DNA of 64,000 nucleotides, taken from NCBI GenBank assembly GCA_964624855.1, contig CAZUZW010000001.1:13675-77674 (forward strand), written 5' to 3'. This stretch comes from an uncultured Vicinamibacteraceae bacterium. GTDB taxonomy: Bacteria; Acidobacteriota; Vicinamibacteria; Vicinamibacterales; UBA8438. This document shows, piece after piece, positions 28,900 to 38,797 of the stretch. Positions within the stretch are counted from its first letter, which is position 1; each line of letters begins with the position of its first letter. The notes below the pieces were generated by a model, which saw nothing but the letters and a program-made list of their open reading frames with translations, did not search any database and was not told the origin of the DNA. The position numbers and the translations under genes were made by a program.

Positions 28900-30174
28900 A
28901 TGAACTTAACTCGTCGTGCGTTATTGGCCGGTGGATTCGGCGCAGCGGCATCGGCTATTACCAATGCTGCCGGTCCAACGGGTGTGAGTGGCGTGTCGGC
29001 TGAAGCCATGGCAGTGTTGCTCGGTGACAGTAGACAGTGGCTTCACCAGCAGTATCCCGACCTCCGGCGGCATTTTGTTTTTGAGTACTACCCCTGGTAC
29101 GGCAGGAATCCGATGCGTCATTGGCAACAGTGGGGGCGTGTGCCACCGCTCGACCTTGCGGCAAATACGATGCCAGCATTGGGCGCTTACGACTCTAGGT
29201 CGGTCTCGGTTGTGGAACAACATGCGCGTTGGATCAATGAGTCGGGTGTTGGAGCGGTTAACCTGAGTTGGTGGGGGCGCGGTGAGTTTGAGGACCGAGC
29301 CGTCCATCTCATTATGGACGTCATGCACGCTCACGATATCCGTGTGACATTTCATCTTGAACCGTATGGCTCGAAACGTGCTGAGCAACTTCCTGCTGAC
29401 GTGGCTTATATCCTTCAGGAGTATGGAGAGAAACGACAGTGGGATTGTTTGTTGCTTCACCGGTGGTCTGATGGAACGACAGGGCCTGTTTTTAAACTAT
29501 TTAACTCGCTTGTTCCGAAAAGTATCCGTGATTGCCACGGCAAAGAGGTCGAATTACGTGATTATGTGCCCCAGGGGACATGGCGGCGCGTCACCGATGA
29601 AATACGGAGAACCCACAGACATGATTTTGACCACGTGACGATTCTTTCAGAATCGCCGAATGCTGGAGATGTTGCCTCCGCAGGATTTGACGGCCTTGCG
29701 ATTTATGGTCCGGACTCTCTTCAGACGCATTGGCTTGAATGGGCACTCGAGGCCAGCCGGAAGGGTTTGGTGTTTACGTTCAATGTGAATCCAGGTCTTG
29801 ACGAAATTGAGCGACGGAACGTTGCGTTTGGTTCATGCTATCAACCGCGTTCTTTCATACCGGCCACTTCGCCGTTTCAGTGGACCAAGAGCGCGGACCG
29901 TGAGCGAGCAACATATCTTGCTGAAAACCAAATTGGCGAGACGTTGGCGACCTCCGTGTTGTTACAAACGCATCCGTGGTTGGAAAATGTGCGCCAAGGA
30001 TTTTTTCTTGTGTATGTGTGTTCGTTTAATGAATGGCACGAGGGGCATCAGTTTGAGCCAATGAAGGATTGGGCAGCACTGACGCCCGACGAGCGTGTTC
30101 ATGGGTACCACAATCCGGTTAACGGAGCCTACCGTCTTCAATGTCTGCAGCGCTGGCTCCGGCGTTTGTTATGA
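28900..30174 (+). CDS. Tat-exported glycoside hydrolase family 99-like protein (endo-alpha-mannosidase-like)
   Basis: Twin-arginine signal MNLTRRALLAGGFGAAASA. GH99-like blocks are YYPWYG, PALGAYDSRSVSVVEQH, GAVNLSWW, VTFHLEPY and SFNEWHEGHQFE (compare MANEA: SFYPELGSYSSRDPSV, LALSWY, VTFHIEPY, SFNEWHEGTQIE). Confidence 0.75.
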   Translation: MNLTRRALLAGGFGAAASAITNAAGPTGVSGVSAEAMAVLLGDSRQWLHQQYPDLRRHFVFEYYPWYGRNPMRHWQQWGRVPPLDLAANTMPALGAYDSRSVSVVEQHARWINESGVGAVNLSWWGRGEFEDRAVHLIMDVMHAHDIRVTFHLEPYGSKRAEQLPADVAYILQEYGEKRQWDCLLLHRWSDGTTGPVFKLFNSLVPKSIRDCHGKEVELRDYVPQGTWRRVTDEIRRTHRHDFDHVTILSESPNAGDVASAGFDGLAIYGPDSLQTHWLEWALEASRKGLVFTFNVNPGLDEIERRNVAFGSCYQPRSFIPATSPFQWTKSADRERATYLAENQIGETLATSVLLQTHPWLENVRQGFFLVYVCSFNEWHEGHQFEPMKDWAALTPDERVHGYHNPVNGAYRLQCLQRWLRRLL

Positions 30175-30190
30175 CCGTGGAATTTTCAAG

Positions 30191-30787
30191 TTACCTCACA
30201 GGCAACTTGAATCCGCCGATTACGTAGAACGCTCTGGTCTTAGGGTGGTTGGTATCTGCCATGATGCTGTTTATGCCAGTGGTATACCGTGCTTCTAAGG
30301 TATAGCCGTCCACGTACACACCAGCGCCGAACACGCCACCGATATCGTTTCGCCTGATATGGTCGCCTGGTATGTCGGTTTCGACGCCATTTAATTCAAC
30401 TGTCGCATTAACGTTGGCGCTGACAGAACCACCGGCGTAGAAAAAGGGAACGACCGGCCCTTGTCTCGGGAGTGAGATCACGCCGAGTATCGGTACTTCG
30501 AGATAATCAAGGGTCACCGTGCCATCGAGATCTGGCGCCTCTAGTTTGGCACCCTTTTGAACCAATATGAGTTGTGGTCGAACGGAGAAGAAATCCGATA
30601 GCGCAAGATCGATGTAACCACCGGCGACGTAACCCCCTTTAGATCGTGGATCTGGGAAATCATCAGAATTTGTCAGAGTGCCCAAGCTGCTACCAAGCAG
30701 TCCTCCGTAGCTGATTTCCTGTCCAAAGCTAGAGTTCGTCACTAGTAGTAGGCACACGCATAGCGTCAAGCTCAGACGCAAGTTCAT
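30191..30787 (-). CDS. Small outer-membrane beta-barrel protein (OmpW/opacity-porin-like)
   Basis: ATG at 30787 with GGAGG at 6-nt spacing; signal peptide MNLRLSLTLCVCLLLVTNSSFGQ; alternating beta-strand pattern. The track start at 30892 adds 35 non-signal residues. Confidence 0.65.
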   Translation of the reverse strand: MNLRLSLTLCVCLLLVTNSSFGQEISYGGLLGSSLGTLTNSDDFPDPRSKGGYVAGGYIDLALSDFFSVRPQLILVQKGAKLEAPDLDGTVTLDYLEVPILGVISLPRQGPVVPFFYAGGSVSANVNATVELNGVETDIPGDHIRRNDIGGVFGAGVYVDGYTLEARYTTGINSIMADTNHPKTRAFYVIGGFKLPVR

Positions 30788-30968
30788 TCCGTTCCTCCGC
30801 ACAGTGGATGTATAGGTGTCAGATAGAGACGTAGTAACCCTCTGCTGCATAACAGTAACAGACGAAGTGTGCATGAGGCAGCAGACGGACAAGCGGAATC
30901 AACTTTGTAAGTCCGACGTGTCGTCGCAAACTATTGCGGCACCGCGCACCGAATGACTACAAATGTTT

Positions 30969-31991
30969 CTACTGTTCTGACCCTGTCTCGTCGGCTGTCG
31001 CCCGTTCCTCTGCCCGATGCCCGGCGAGGATTCCCTCCATTCCAATGTTTCCCTCGTGGCAGGCGTATTCAAAAATCGCATCGTCGGTATGTCGGAGAGG
31101 AATTGACGCCGTCCAGGGCTTTACCCATGTAGCTGTATCTTCAAACGTGACGTCATAATTCAGAATATCCGGACCTGTCCTCGTGAAGCGCTCTGTAACC
31201 TGTAGGTCACGTGTGGCTCCTCTGAAGGTGGATTCTGCAGTGTAGTTCGACGTTTCAATAACGAGCGTGTCGCCTTCCCAGTGAGCTCTGGAGTCGCCAT
31301 GAAGCTGTCGAATCGATTCTGGAAGAGCAGGATGGTCGCCGATTGGAATGACCCGTGCATCGTGAATCATTTCCTGATAAACCACGACATAGTCTTTGCT
31401 CTGAAAGATCTGGAAATAGCTGTTATAACCCGCGCCAATTCTTGGGACGCCATAACTGACACACCGTTCGGCTAAGGGGCGGTCAGTATATGTGTCAGCT
31501 GGATGTTCTTGCCGATGGACGGCTCGCTGTGCTCGCCGCGCTCTGGCTTGCGGAGTGACCTCCGGAATACGACCATCTGGTGGATCAATGACCAGTGATG
31601 TGCGGTCTGTGTTGAAGGTGCGGTTTGCGATCCAGAACTGATTGTAGTTGCCTGTCGTCGGATCGTAGGATTTGGCTGTGGTCTTTTCGATTGCGGCCAG
31701 AATGAGCTGGTCTCCGAAGAGGGCATCTTGGCCTGGGTCACTCGCTTCGGCGGCGGCGGCCATAACTTGACTTAGTTCTTCTTGGGAAAGATGTTCCTTC
31801 TCCGACCAAGCTTCAGGTCGTTGGAGGGGTGTTGCATTATTGTTTGCCCACACGCCCTGAAAGTCTGGTTGGTCATCACTCGTTCTCGGCACAGTCCACC
31901 CGTCTGGCGCGGGTTGTCCTATTGCCGGTATAGGCCCGAGGAACACTAAACTACAGAGAACTAGCCAACCGAACGGGAATACTCGTTTCAC
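30969..31991 (-). CDS. Secreted protein of unknown function
   Basis: GTG at 31991 lies 6 nt after GGAGG (31998-32002); the track TTG at 31997 abuts the SD. Signal peptide FPFGWLVLCSLVFLGPIPAIGQ. Conserved-looking blocks DFQGVWANNNATPLQRPE and FEYACHEGN. Confidence 0.6.
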   Translation of the reverse strand: MKRVFPFGWLVLCSLVFLGPIPAIGQPAPDGWTVPRTSDDQPDFQGVWANNNATPLQRPEAWSEKEHLSQEELSQVMAAAAEASDPGQDALFGDQLILAAIEKTTAKSYDPTTGNYNQFWIANRTFNTDRTSLVIDPPDGRIPEVTPQARARRAQRAVHRQEHPADTYTDRPLAERCVSYGVPRIGAGYNSYFQIFQSKDYVVVYQEMIHDARVIPIGDHPALPESIRQLHGDSRAHWEGDTLVIETSNYTAESTFRGATRDLQVTERFTRTGPDILNYDVTFEDTATWVKPWTASIPLRHTDDAIFEYACHEGNIGMEGILAGHRAEERATADETGSEQ

Positions 31992-32065
31992 GGGCAACCT
32001 CCAAAATTAGACAAACCGAAAGAAATACGTTATTCCGGTCATGATACTCGAGGAGTGTCGAACCG

Positions 32066-32091
32066 AACAAAAACCCCGGTTACCGTCCGGG
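32066..32091 (-). terminator. Rho-independent terminator after the TonB-dependent receptor
   Basis: The minus strand reads CCCGG-ACGGTAA-CCGGG followed by GTTTTTGTT, about 90 nt after the stop at 32182. Confidence 0.45.
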
Positions 32092-32181
32092 CAGCAGTTT
32101 GGTCTTTAGGCGGTGGAGTTTATCTGTTGTTGGATGAAGTCTGCACGATTGAACTCGGTCTTGTAGAAAACACGTCTGGTT

Positions 32182-34896
32182 CTAGAATTGGACTTGAATC
32201 CCAGCGAATCCACTGCGTGGAGCTCCAGGCCCGAGAAAACGGGGGTCTTCTGCGGTGGGTGCTTCTGCTATGTAAACCTCGAGTTCGGCGAGGATGCCGA
32301 ATGTGGAGTAGTCCTTATCGAATAGGTTCTCGATACGTACGAACATCTCGAGATTGGGGGTAAAACGATAGGTGGACCGCAGATTGGCAATGCCGTAGCC
32401 GTCAAGCAATGCTTGGTCGTTACCTTCGTCACCAACGAAGACTCGACTTGAACTGACGATAGTTTCAAGGTCGATGTTCCAGTCAGCTGTTACGGCTATG
32501 CCGAAACCAGTTTTGAAACTGTGCCTTGGGATGCCTGGCAATCGGTCGCCAGGTTCGACGGCAAGCGAACCCCGTTCTTCGTTGGCGGCATCGTTCACTT
32601 CAGAATTTCCTGGAAGCTCTAGTGGTGATGCGAAGGTTGCTTCTACCAGTCCGTAGCTGACAAACCCAGCGAATCGATCGGTTTGTCCGCGGACTTCGAG
32701 ATCCAGACCAAATCTGCGAGTGTCGCCTGCATTTTGAAAAAATCCAGTGCCGATCAGTTTGGGTGACGCCACGAACAGAATGTCGTCCTCTATTTCCGTG
32801 CGATACACAACCAGGGACCAATCGAGGTTTCCGCCTGATTGATAAACCGATTGTCCTCGCACACCGGCTTCGAGGGAATGGGCAACGATCTGCTCCAGTG
32901 GTGGGTCGGACACGAAGGCATTCGGTACCCGGCACGGTTCTTCCGGATCGGCGCAACTGAGTTCGGCTGCCGTGGGAGCGCGATTTGCCTCGCTGTACCG
33001 GCCAAAGACCGAGACACTATCGGTCGTCTCATAGACCGCCCCGACACCGATATTGAATCTGGAGAAGTTGTGTTGACCGTTGAGCGAAGTGCCCAAGAGG
33101 TCGAGAATGTCGACTTGGGCGTCGTTGAACCGCCCGGACACAGTCAGATGAGTTCGCGCGGTTACAGAGAAAGTGTCCGAGAAATAAAGGCCGATCGAAC
33201 GGTTGTTTGAGTCTAACGCGGTGTTAAAGATGTCATCGGGCGCAGTCCCAAACAATCCGGTAAAAAGGCCAGACCCAACCACGGTGCGTTGATCAGTAAG
33301 GTCGCCAATCTCACTGTTAGAGGAGAAGTTCACATCGGCCATATCAGCGGACAGTCCGAGAACCAGCACATTGGTTCGAACGTTCTCACCGGTCCGTGCT
33401 GTGGCCTGAATGGTTCCGCCATATCCGGTGGTGTGGGTCTGGCTTCGGTTGAAAGCTCCCGTGCCGTCGGTCTCATTCTCTGTAATGAATTCGCCGGTTC
33501 GAATATCGACTAGCGGGTGTTCTTCAGAGTCATCGTCGTCATCATCATCATCGTCGAGCGCGGTAAGGTCGTGAGCAAGGATTTCGTCATCGTCATCATC
33601 ATCATCATCACCGAGACAGAGGGTATTGGCTGGTGCACCAGTTGGCAGAGAATCATCGTCACAGGTCACGAACTCGGCTTCGTCGCCGTTAAGGGTGTTA
33701 CTGTCGAGGTCACGGTAATAGCCAGTCATTTGCACGGACCAGACAGGTGAGGCTTGGAGGTTGAAACGTCCTTGGACAAATCCAAGCTGATTTTCGGTGA
33801 TGTCGGGATAAGTGAAGACGGCAGAACGGTCGACTTGCAGTAATTCAATCGGTGCCGGACCGTTCCCGTTTAGACGCGAGTCTGCGTAGCTGAAGCTGAC
33901 GCCGGCATCGACGGAGTCCTTCCGGTAGGCCAGGTCGGCTACAGCCTGTGTAACTTCGGAGGGAGATTCAATTCGCCACCCAGTCTCATCGAACCGAGTC
34001 GCGCCGAGGTACAGAGCCCATGGTCCCCGGTTGGCACCCCATTCTGTGGTGGCACTGACACGGCCAAACGAGCCACCAGAAAGTTCTCCTCGAAATCCGG
34101 CCGCGTCAAATCCGTTCTTGAGATTGAGTGCCAGTGCACCACCCAACGCGTTTAGTCCATATGTTGGGTCGGCTCCCGCGCTCAGTTGTATCCGCTCAAG
34201 TGCAAACTGAGGGATGAGATCAAACTGCACAGTATCACCGAACGGTTCGTTGATTCGAACACCGTTTTGATAGACGGCGATTCCCTGAGGTAAACCAAGG
34301 AGCGGAGATGCCGTGAATCCACGGAATCGGACGGTCGGTTGAAAGAGATTTGCGGTGGTGCCTTCGATGCTGACGGCGCCCAATTGCTCTTGTAGCGCGT
34401 CGGCCAGCGAGACCGTGTGCCGTTCGCGAATTTCGGTCGCAGAAATGCTGGAGATCATTGCGGGAATGTGGTCCGGGTCTATCCCGGTTCCACTGAGAGG
34501 AGTTACTCCAACTACATCCACCTGTTGACTGAAGCCTCCGACCGCGAGTTCAACATCCACGGTGGTGACTGCATTTGGGCCCACTCGTACGCCTTGACGT
34601 AACTCAGTTTGGAATCCTGCCATCGTTATCGTGATGGCGTAGATGCCTTCGTTCAGTGATGGAAAACGGTACTGTCCGCTGCCGTCGGTTACAGTTTCCA
34701 CAGGTGGTGTCGCAGTTGAAGTAGCAATGACCGATGCCCCCTCAATGGAACCCCCTTGGCTATCTCTAACATAGCCGGTCAGTTCCACTGTTTGTGCCGC
34801 CACCGGGTGATTGGTTAGCAAGCTAACTGTAACGACTGTTCCCACGAACAACATGGAGCGAAGGCTTTGTGTTCCGAATAGACCAATATTTAGCAT
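32182..34896 (-). CDS. TonB-dependent receptor with N-terminal CarboxypepD_reg-like domain and an acidic poly-Asp loop insertion
   Basis: Signal peptide, carboxypeptidase-regulatory-like domain (VELTGYVRDSQGGSIEGASV), plug domain, a 22-strand-type barrel and the C-terminal GIQVQF. Confidence 0.85.
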   Translation of the reverse strand: MLNIGLFGTQSLRSMLFVGTVVTVSLLTNHPVAAQTVELTGYVRDSQGGSIEGASVIATSTATPPVETVTDGSGQYRFPSLNEGIYAITITMAGFQTELRQGVRVGPNAVTTVDVELAVGGFSQQVDVVGVTPLSGTGIDPDHIPAMISSISATEIRERHTVSLADALQEQLGAVSIEGTTANLFQPTVRFRGFTASPLLGLPQGIAVYQNGVRINEPFGDTVQFDLIPQFALERIQLSAGADPTYGLNALGGALALNLKNGFDAAGFRGELSGGSFGRVSATTEWGANRGPWALYLGATRFDETGWRIESPSEVTQAVADLAYRKDSVDAGVSFSYADSRLNGNGPAPIELLQVDRSAVFTYPDITENQLGFVQGRFNLQASPVWSVQMTGYYRDLDSNTLNGDEAEFVTCDDDSLPTGAPANTLCLGDDDDDDDDEILAHDLTALDDDDDDDDDSEEHPLVDIRTGEFITENETDGTGAFNRSQTHTTGYGGTIQATARTGENVRTNVLVLGLSADMADVNFSSNSEIGDLTDQRTVVGSGLFTGLFGTAPDDIFNTALDSNNRSIGLYFSDTFSVTARTHLTVSGRFNDAQVDILDLLGTSLNGQHNFSRFNIGVGAVYETTDSVSVFGRYSEANRAPTAAELSCADPEEPCRVPNAFVSDPPLEQIVAHSLEAGVRGQSVYQSGGNLDWSLVVYRTEIEDDILFVASPKLIGTGFFQNAGDTRRFGLDLEVRGQTDRFAGFVSYGLVEATFASPLELPGNSEVNDAANEERGSLAVEPGDRLPGIPRHSFKTGFGIAVTADWNIDLETIVSSSRVFVGDEGNDQALLDGYGIANLRSTYRFTPNLEMFVRIENLFDKDYSTFGILAELEVYIAEAPTAEDPRFLGPGAPRSGFAGIQVQF
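33529..33609 (-). repeat. Two in-frame (GAY)n trinucleotide tracts encoding Asp9 and Asp8
   Basis: 33529-33555 is nine consecutive GAY codons (plus strand gtcatcgtcgtcatcatcatcatcgtc). 33586-33609 is eight consecutive GAY codons. Confidence 0.95.
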
Positions 34897-35187
34897 TGAC
34901 TTCTTTTTCTTGAAGTGGTCAAAAACAGTCTAAAAGAGTTTTGATTATTCTAGATAAAAATATGCTCGCAAAAATTTCACAAGGAGCGGGTTTAGGTTGG
35001 CGCATTAAGATAAAGAGTCGCCTGCTGCCGTGTTTCGCACGGTATCATTTAATCAGAACAGTAAGAGATGTACCAAAACTACACCGTAAATCACACCAAT
35101 CATCTGGTTAATCTAAATGAAGCCAGTCTTTTAAAGCTGTCACGATTCAATCTTGACATACTCCTTCAGTATCCTCATTAAAATCCT

Positions 35188-36198
35188 ATGCGTCCACTTT
35201 CGGTACTTGATTTGGCTCCGGTTGGACCAGATTCGTCGCCCCGCGAGGCGATAGCTGATTCGGTCACTCTTGCGCAGCACTGCGATGCTCTTGGCTACGA
35301 ACGATATTGGGTGGCTGAGCATCACAGTATGCCTAGTATTGCGACGTCAGCGCCAGAAGTGCTGGTGGCGCATGTGGCGGCAGTCACACGACGCATTCGC
35401 GTCGGAACTGGCGGTATCATGTTGCCTAATCACAATCCTCTGCGGCTCGTAGAGATTTTTAGGACATTGGAGGCCCTTTACCCTGGGCGCATCGATTTTG
35501 GGGTTGGCCGTGCACCGGGCACTGACCCGGTTACCGCATCCGCGTTACAGCGTGGCGGAACAAGTGATCCAAATGAACGGTTGGCCGAGTTACTAGCATT
35601 CGATCAATCAGCATTTCCGGACCAACATCCGTTCCGCAACATAGTTCCGATGCCATCCGATGTTCGACTTCCACCAATCTGGATGTTGGGGTCAACGATG
35701 GCCGGTGCCACTATCGCGGCTTCTTTGGGATTACGGTACGCCTTCGCCGGGCATTTTGCGATGCGTAATGCACGCAGTGCATTGGCGTTGTACCGAGAGC
35801 AGTTCCGTCCTTCCAACGGTTTGGTGTCACCGCGCGCAATGCTCGCGGTTACGGTGATCTGCGGTGAAGATGACGCCCACGCCAATGACCTGACGATTCC
35901 GCTGAGACTGGCTGTGGTCAGAAATCGTACCGGCACACGGGCGCCGCTCCCGTCAATTGAGGAGGCGAAAGCGTACCGGTTCACAGCAGACGAAGAACGA
36001 ATTGCGGATGAATTTTTACACGGTGCGATCGTTGGTGGAACTAGCCGGGTGCGTGCGGGTCTTGAGCAATTGGTGTCGGAGACGGGCGCAGACGAGCTCA
36101 TGCTGGCCGCATTTGTGCCTGACATCACAGAACGTTTGCAATCATACGAACGCGTGTCCCAGGCGGTCGAACTCGAAAATGCGCCAGACGACACTTAA
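35188..36198 (+). CDS. LLM-class (luciferase-like) flavin-dependent oxidoreductase, YhbW-type
   Basis: N-terminus MRPLSVLDLAPV...YERYWVAEHH and overall luciferase-like TIM-barrel pattern. Confidence 0.85.
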   Translation: MRPLSVLDLAPVGPDSSPREAIADSVTLAQHCDALGYERYWVAEHHSMPSIATSAPEVLVAHVAAVTRRIRVGTGGIMLPNHNPLRLVEIFRTLEALYPGRIDFGVGRAPGTDPVTASALQRGGTSDPNERLAELLAFDQSAFPDQHPFRNIVPMPSDVRLPPIWMLGSTMAGATIAASLGLRYAFAGHFAMRNARSALALYREQFRPSNGLVSPRAMLAVTVICGEDDAHANDLTIPLRLAVVRNRTGTRAPLPSIEEAKAYRFTADEERIADEFLHGAIVGGTSRVRAGLEQLVSETGADELMLAAFVPDITERLQSYERVSQAVELENAPDDT

Positions 36199-36238
36199 AC
36201 ACATAGGTCCACACAGTCCCTTTGTTGAGATGTTTTAG

Positions 36239-38701
36239 ATGAGTATTGTCAGGTGGAAGGACCTCCGTTGCCTACACGTTCTTATGGTTTGCTTCTTGGT
36301 ATCGGGCCTACAGACCGCTAGAGCCCAACCTTTGACTACGGTCACGGGTGTGGTGCTCGATGGTGTGACCAATGCGCCCATCGCAGATGTTGACGTTGTT
36401 AGCGGACAGCGCACCGTGGTCACAGGTTCAGACGGTCGCTTTTCGATCGCAGTCGATACCGAAACATCCGAGTTGCGCTTTAAGGCAGATGGATATCTCG
36501 ATAGTGTCGCGCCGTTAGTCGGGGGGGACCTAGAGGTTCGACTCTTTTCCAGCCGGTTTGCCGAGACCGTCGAGGTGGTCTCCGACATTGCTGAAATTGA
36601 AGGGCCGTCATCTACACCAGTGACTCCAGACGCTGTGTTCAGGGCACCAGGTAGCATTGATAATGTCTTCCGCACTCTCGATACATTGGCGGGAGTAGCC
36701 TCGACCGACGATTTCGGGAGCCGTTTGGCCGTACGAGGTGGAACTCCTGACCAGAACCTGACGGTGATGGACGGTATCGAAGTACACAACCCTTACCGAC
36801 TTTTTGGTATAGCCAGTGCGTTCAACCCTGAAACCGTTGAAAATTTTCAGCTCACTGCCGGGGGGTTCGGAGCTGCATACGGGGACCGGTTGTCATCCCT
36901 CTTGATTGTTGACAACCGACGCGGACGGTCTGAATTTCACGGATCGACCTCAGTTAGTGTGACTGACGCCAACGTGGTCGTCGAAGGTGGTGTGCCGATT
37001 GGTCAGGGAGGCAGTTGGTTGTTTAGTGCCCGTCGAACCTACTACGACTTGGTGGCTGGGCGGTTACAAGACCAGAATTTTCCATCGTTTTCGGACCTAC
37101 AACTACAAGTGGGATGGGAGTTTGGTCCAGGGCATCGCCTGACCCTGACGGGGCTTCGAAGCATCGAAAACGCAGATTTGGATTTCGACATTGATCGACC
37201 CAACGAACGCGCAGCATTGGGTTCTGATGTTGTAAATAACTTGGCGTCGGCACGTTTCGACGCCGTCCTCGGCGGCAGGGCGACGACGACGACGACTTTG
37301 TCGTGGTACCGCAACCGGGAGACCATTGACTTTGATGGCCTTATACGTGCGGATGCCAGACGGTCGAACACTGCGGATGACGCGCTAGCATTTGGACTGT
37401 CAACAATCTTGTTCGACCGATCAATCAATGTTCGAGACCTTTCGTTTCGGCAGGAAGTTGGTATACAGGCTTCTCCGCGCCATTTATTCAGTACAGGAGT
37501 CGAATTGCACGGGTTGGCGACGAGTGTCGGTTTTTCAATTACCGGAGATCGCAATGAGAATGTTGCAAACGGGTCCAGCGTGCGAGGTGGCGCTGGATTA
37601 CCTGGGCAGCTCGACTCACAACTACAGGGCACGCGAGGTGCACTTTGGTTTCAGGACACCTTCACGCCGTCGACAAGATTTTCCTTTGAGCCCGGGCTGC
37701 GTCTGGATTGGAGCACTGTAAACGGAGGGACTACGGTCTCGCCGCGCTTAGCCGCCAGTTATTTGCTCGGCCGAGGAGCCAGAATGCGATTCGCGACGGG
37801 GTTATATACGCAGAGTCCTGGCTACGAGAAGTTAACTCAGTCCGACTATTTTATTGACCTGTCGTCGGCACGAGAGGCGGGTCTGCTTCATGAGAAGGCC
37901 GTACATGTGGTCCTTGGGATCGAGCAGGAACTCAGTTCTGATCTGACCGCTCGGGTGGAAGGGTATTTTAAGCGGTTTGACGATCTACTGGTTGGTCGTC
38001 TTGAGACTGATGCTGAACGGTTAGCGCGCGTTGCACAATACGATTTTCCTGTGGTGTTGCGAGACAGTATCCCGTTCGCTCCGAGTATCGTCAGCGATCC
38101 TACCAACGATGCGGGGGGGGATGCCTACGGACTTGATGTGTTCGTATCTCACTCGAATCCGGCGGCGCCGTTAACTGGATGGCTGTCTTACGGGTGGGGT
38201 CACGCCAACCGGGACAGTTACGGTCGCCGCTATGCATTTGAGTACGATCGACGCCATGCCTTCAATGCTGTCGGTCGGTATCAATTGACGAGTCGCTGGG
38301 ACGTGGCAGGTACGATGCGTCTTGCGAGTGGGTTTCCCCATACGGCTCCGGTCGGGCTTCGGGTTTCCGCCGTCCGGGATCGCCGGGGGCGATTGGTGCC
38401 TGCAACTGACGCGGTTGGCAACCTTGTTTACGGCGTGGACTACGGAGGGATCGATAATCTTAACCGGGCGCGGTTGCCTCACTATGCACGGGTAGATCTT
38501 CGTGTGACGTACCAACGTGGCGGAGCCAGCGGGCCTTGGTCGTTCTATATTGAGGTGATTAATTTGTTGAATCGTAACAACGCTGTGGTACTAGAACCTC
38601 GGCTGAGCCACGATCCCGGGTCTGAAAGACCCCGTCTCTCTGAAGTGCCGGAACAGGGCTTTCCCCGTATCCCGACCTTTGGATTACGAGTTCGCTTCTA
38701 G
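36239..38701 (+). CDS. TonB-dependent receptor-like outer membrane protein (CarboxypepD_reg + plug + barrel)
   Basis: Signal peptide ending TARAQ, VTGVVLDGVTNAPIADVDV, plug block LAVRGGTPDQNLTVMDGIEVHNPY, and C-terminal FGLRVRF. Confidence 0.75.
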   Translation: MSIVRWKDLRCLHVLMVCFLVSGLQTARAQPLTTVTGVVLDGVTNAPIADVDVVSGQRTVVTGSDGRFSIAVDTETSELRFKADGYLDSVAPLVGGDLEVRLFSSRFAETVEVVSDIAEIEGPSSTPVTPDAVFRAPGSIDNVFRTLDTLAGVASTDDFGSRLAVRGGTPDQNLTVMDGIEVHNPYRLFGIASAFNPETVENFQLTAGGFGAAYGDRLSSLLIVDNRRGRSEFHGSTSVSVTDANVVVEGGVPIGQGGSWLFSARRTYYDLVAGRLQDQNFPSFSDLQLQVGWEFGPGHRLTLTGLRSIENADLDFDIDRPNERAALGSDVVNNLASARFDAVLGGRATTTTTLSWYRNRETIDFDGLIRADARRSNTADDALAFGLSTILFDRSINVRDLSFRQEVGIQASPRHLFSTGVELHGLATSVGFSITGDRNENVANGSSVRGGAGLPGQLDSQLQGTRGALWFQDTFTPSTRFSFEPGLRLDWSTVNGGTTVSPRLAASYLLGRGARMRFATGLYTQSPGYEKLTQSDYFIDLSSAREAGLLHEKAVHVVLGIEQELSSDLTARVEGYFKRFDDLLVGRLETDAERLARVAQYDFPVVLRDSIPFAPSIVSDPTNDAGGDAYGLDVFVSHSNPAAPLTGWLSYGWGHANRDSYGRRYAFEYDRRHAFNAVGRYQLTSRWDVAGTMRLASGFPHTAPVGLRVSAVRDRRGRLVPATDAVGNLVYGVDYGGIDNLNRARLPHYARVDLRVTYQRGGASGPWSFYIEVINLLNRNNAVVLEPRLSHDPGSERPRLSEVPEQGFPRIPTFGLRVRF

Positions 38702-38797
38702 TGTCCACTGAATTTGTGAGGGTGCTTCCAATGGCTTGGAGTCCCCAGAAAGACGATTTCTTGGAACTTATTACTTATATTTTGGGACGTAACGACT

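Noticed and set aside
33529-33609. GAT/GAC repeat tracts as a possible CRISPR array or minisatellite outside genes.
   Set aside because: They are in-frame codon repeats within the TBDR gene (Asp runs). There is no spacer/repeat architecture and no CRISPR array anywhere in the window.
34941-34960. Fur-box-like AT-rich sequence (TTGATTATTCTAGATAAAAA) upstream of the poly-Asp TBDR.
   Set aside because: The best hand alignment to GATAATGATAATCATTATC gives only about 9 of 19 matches. The region is generally AT-rich, so this is not distinguishable from background.
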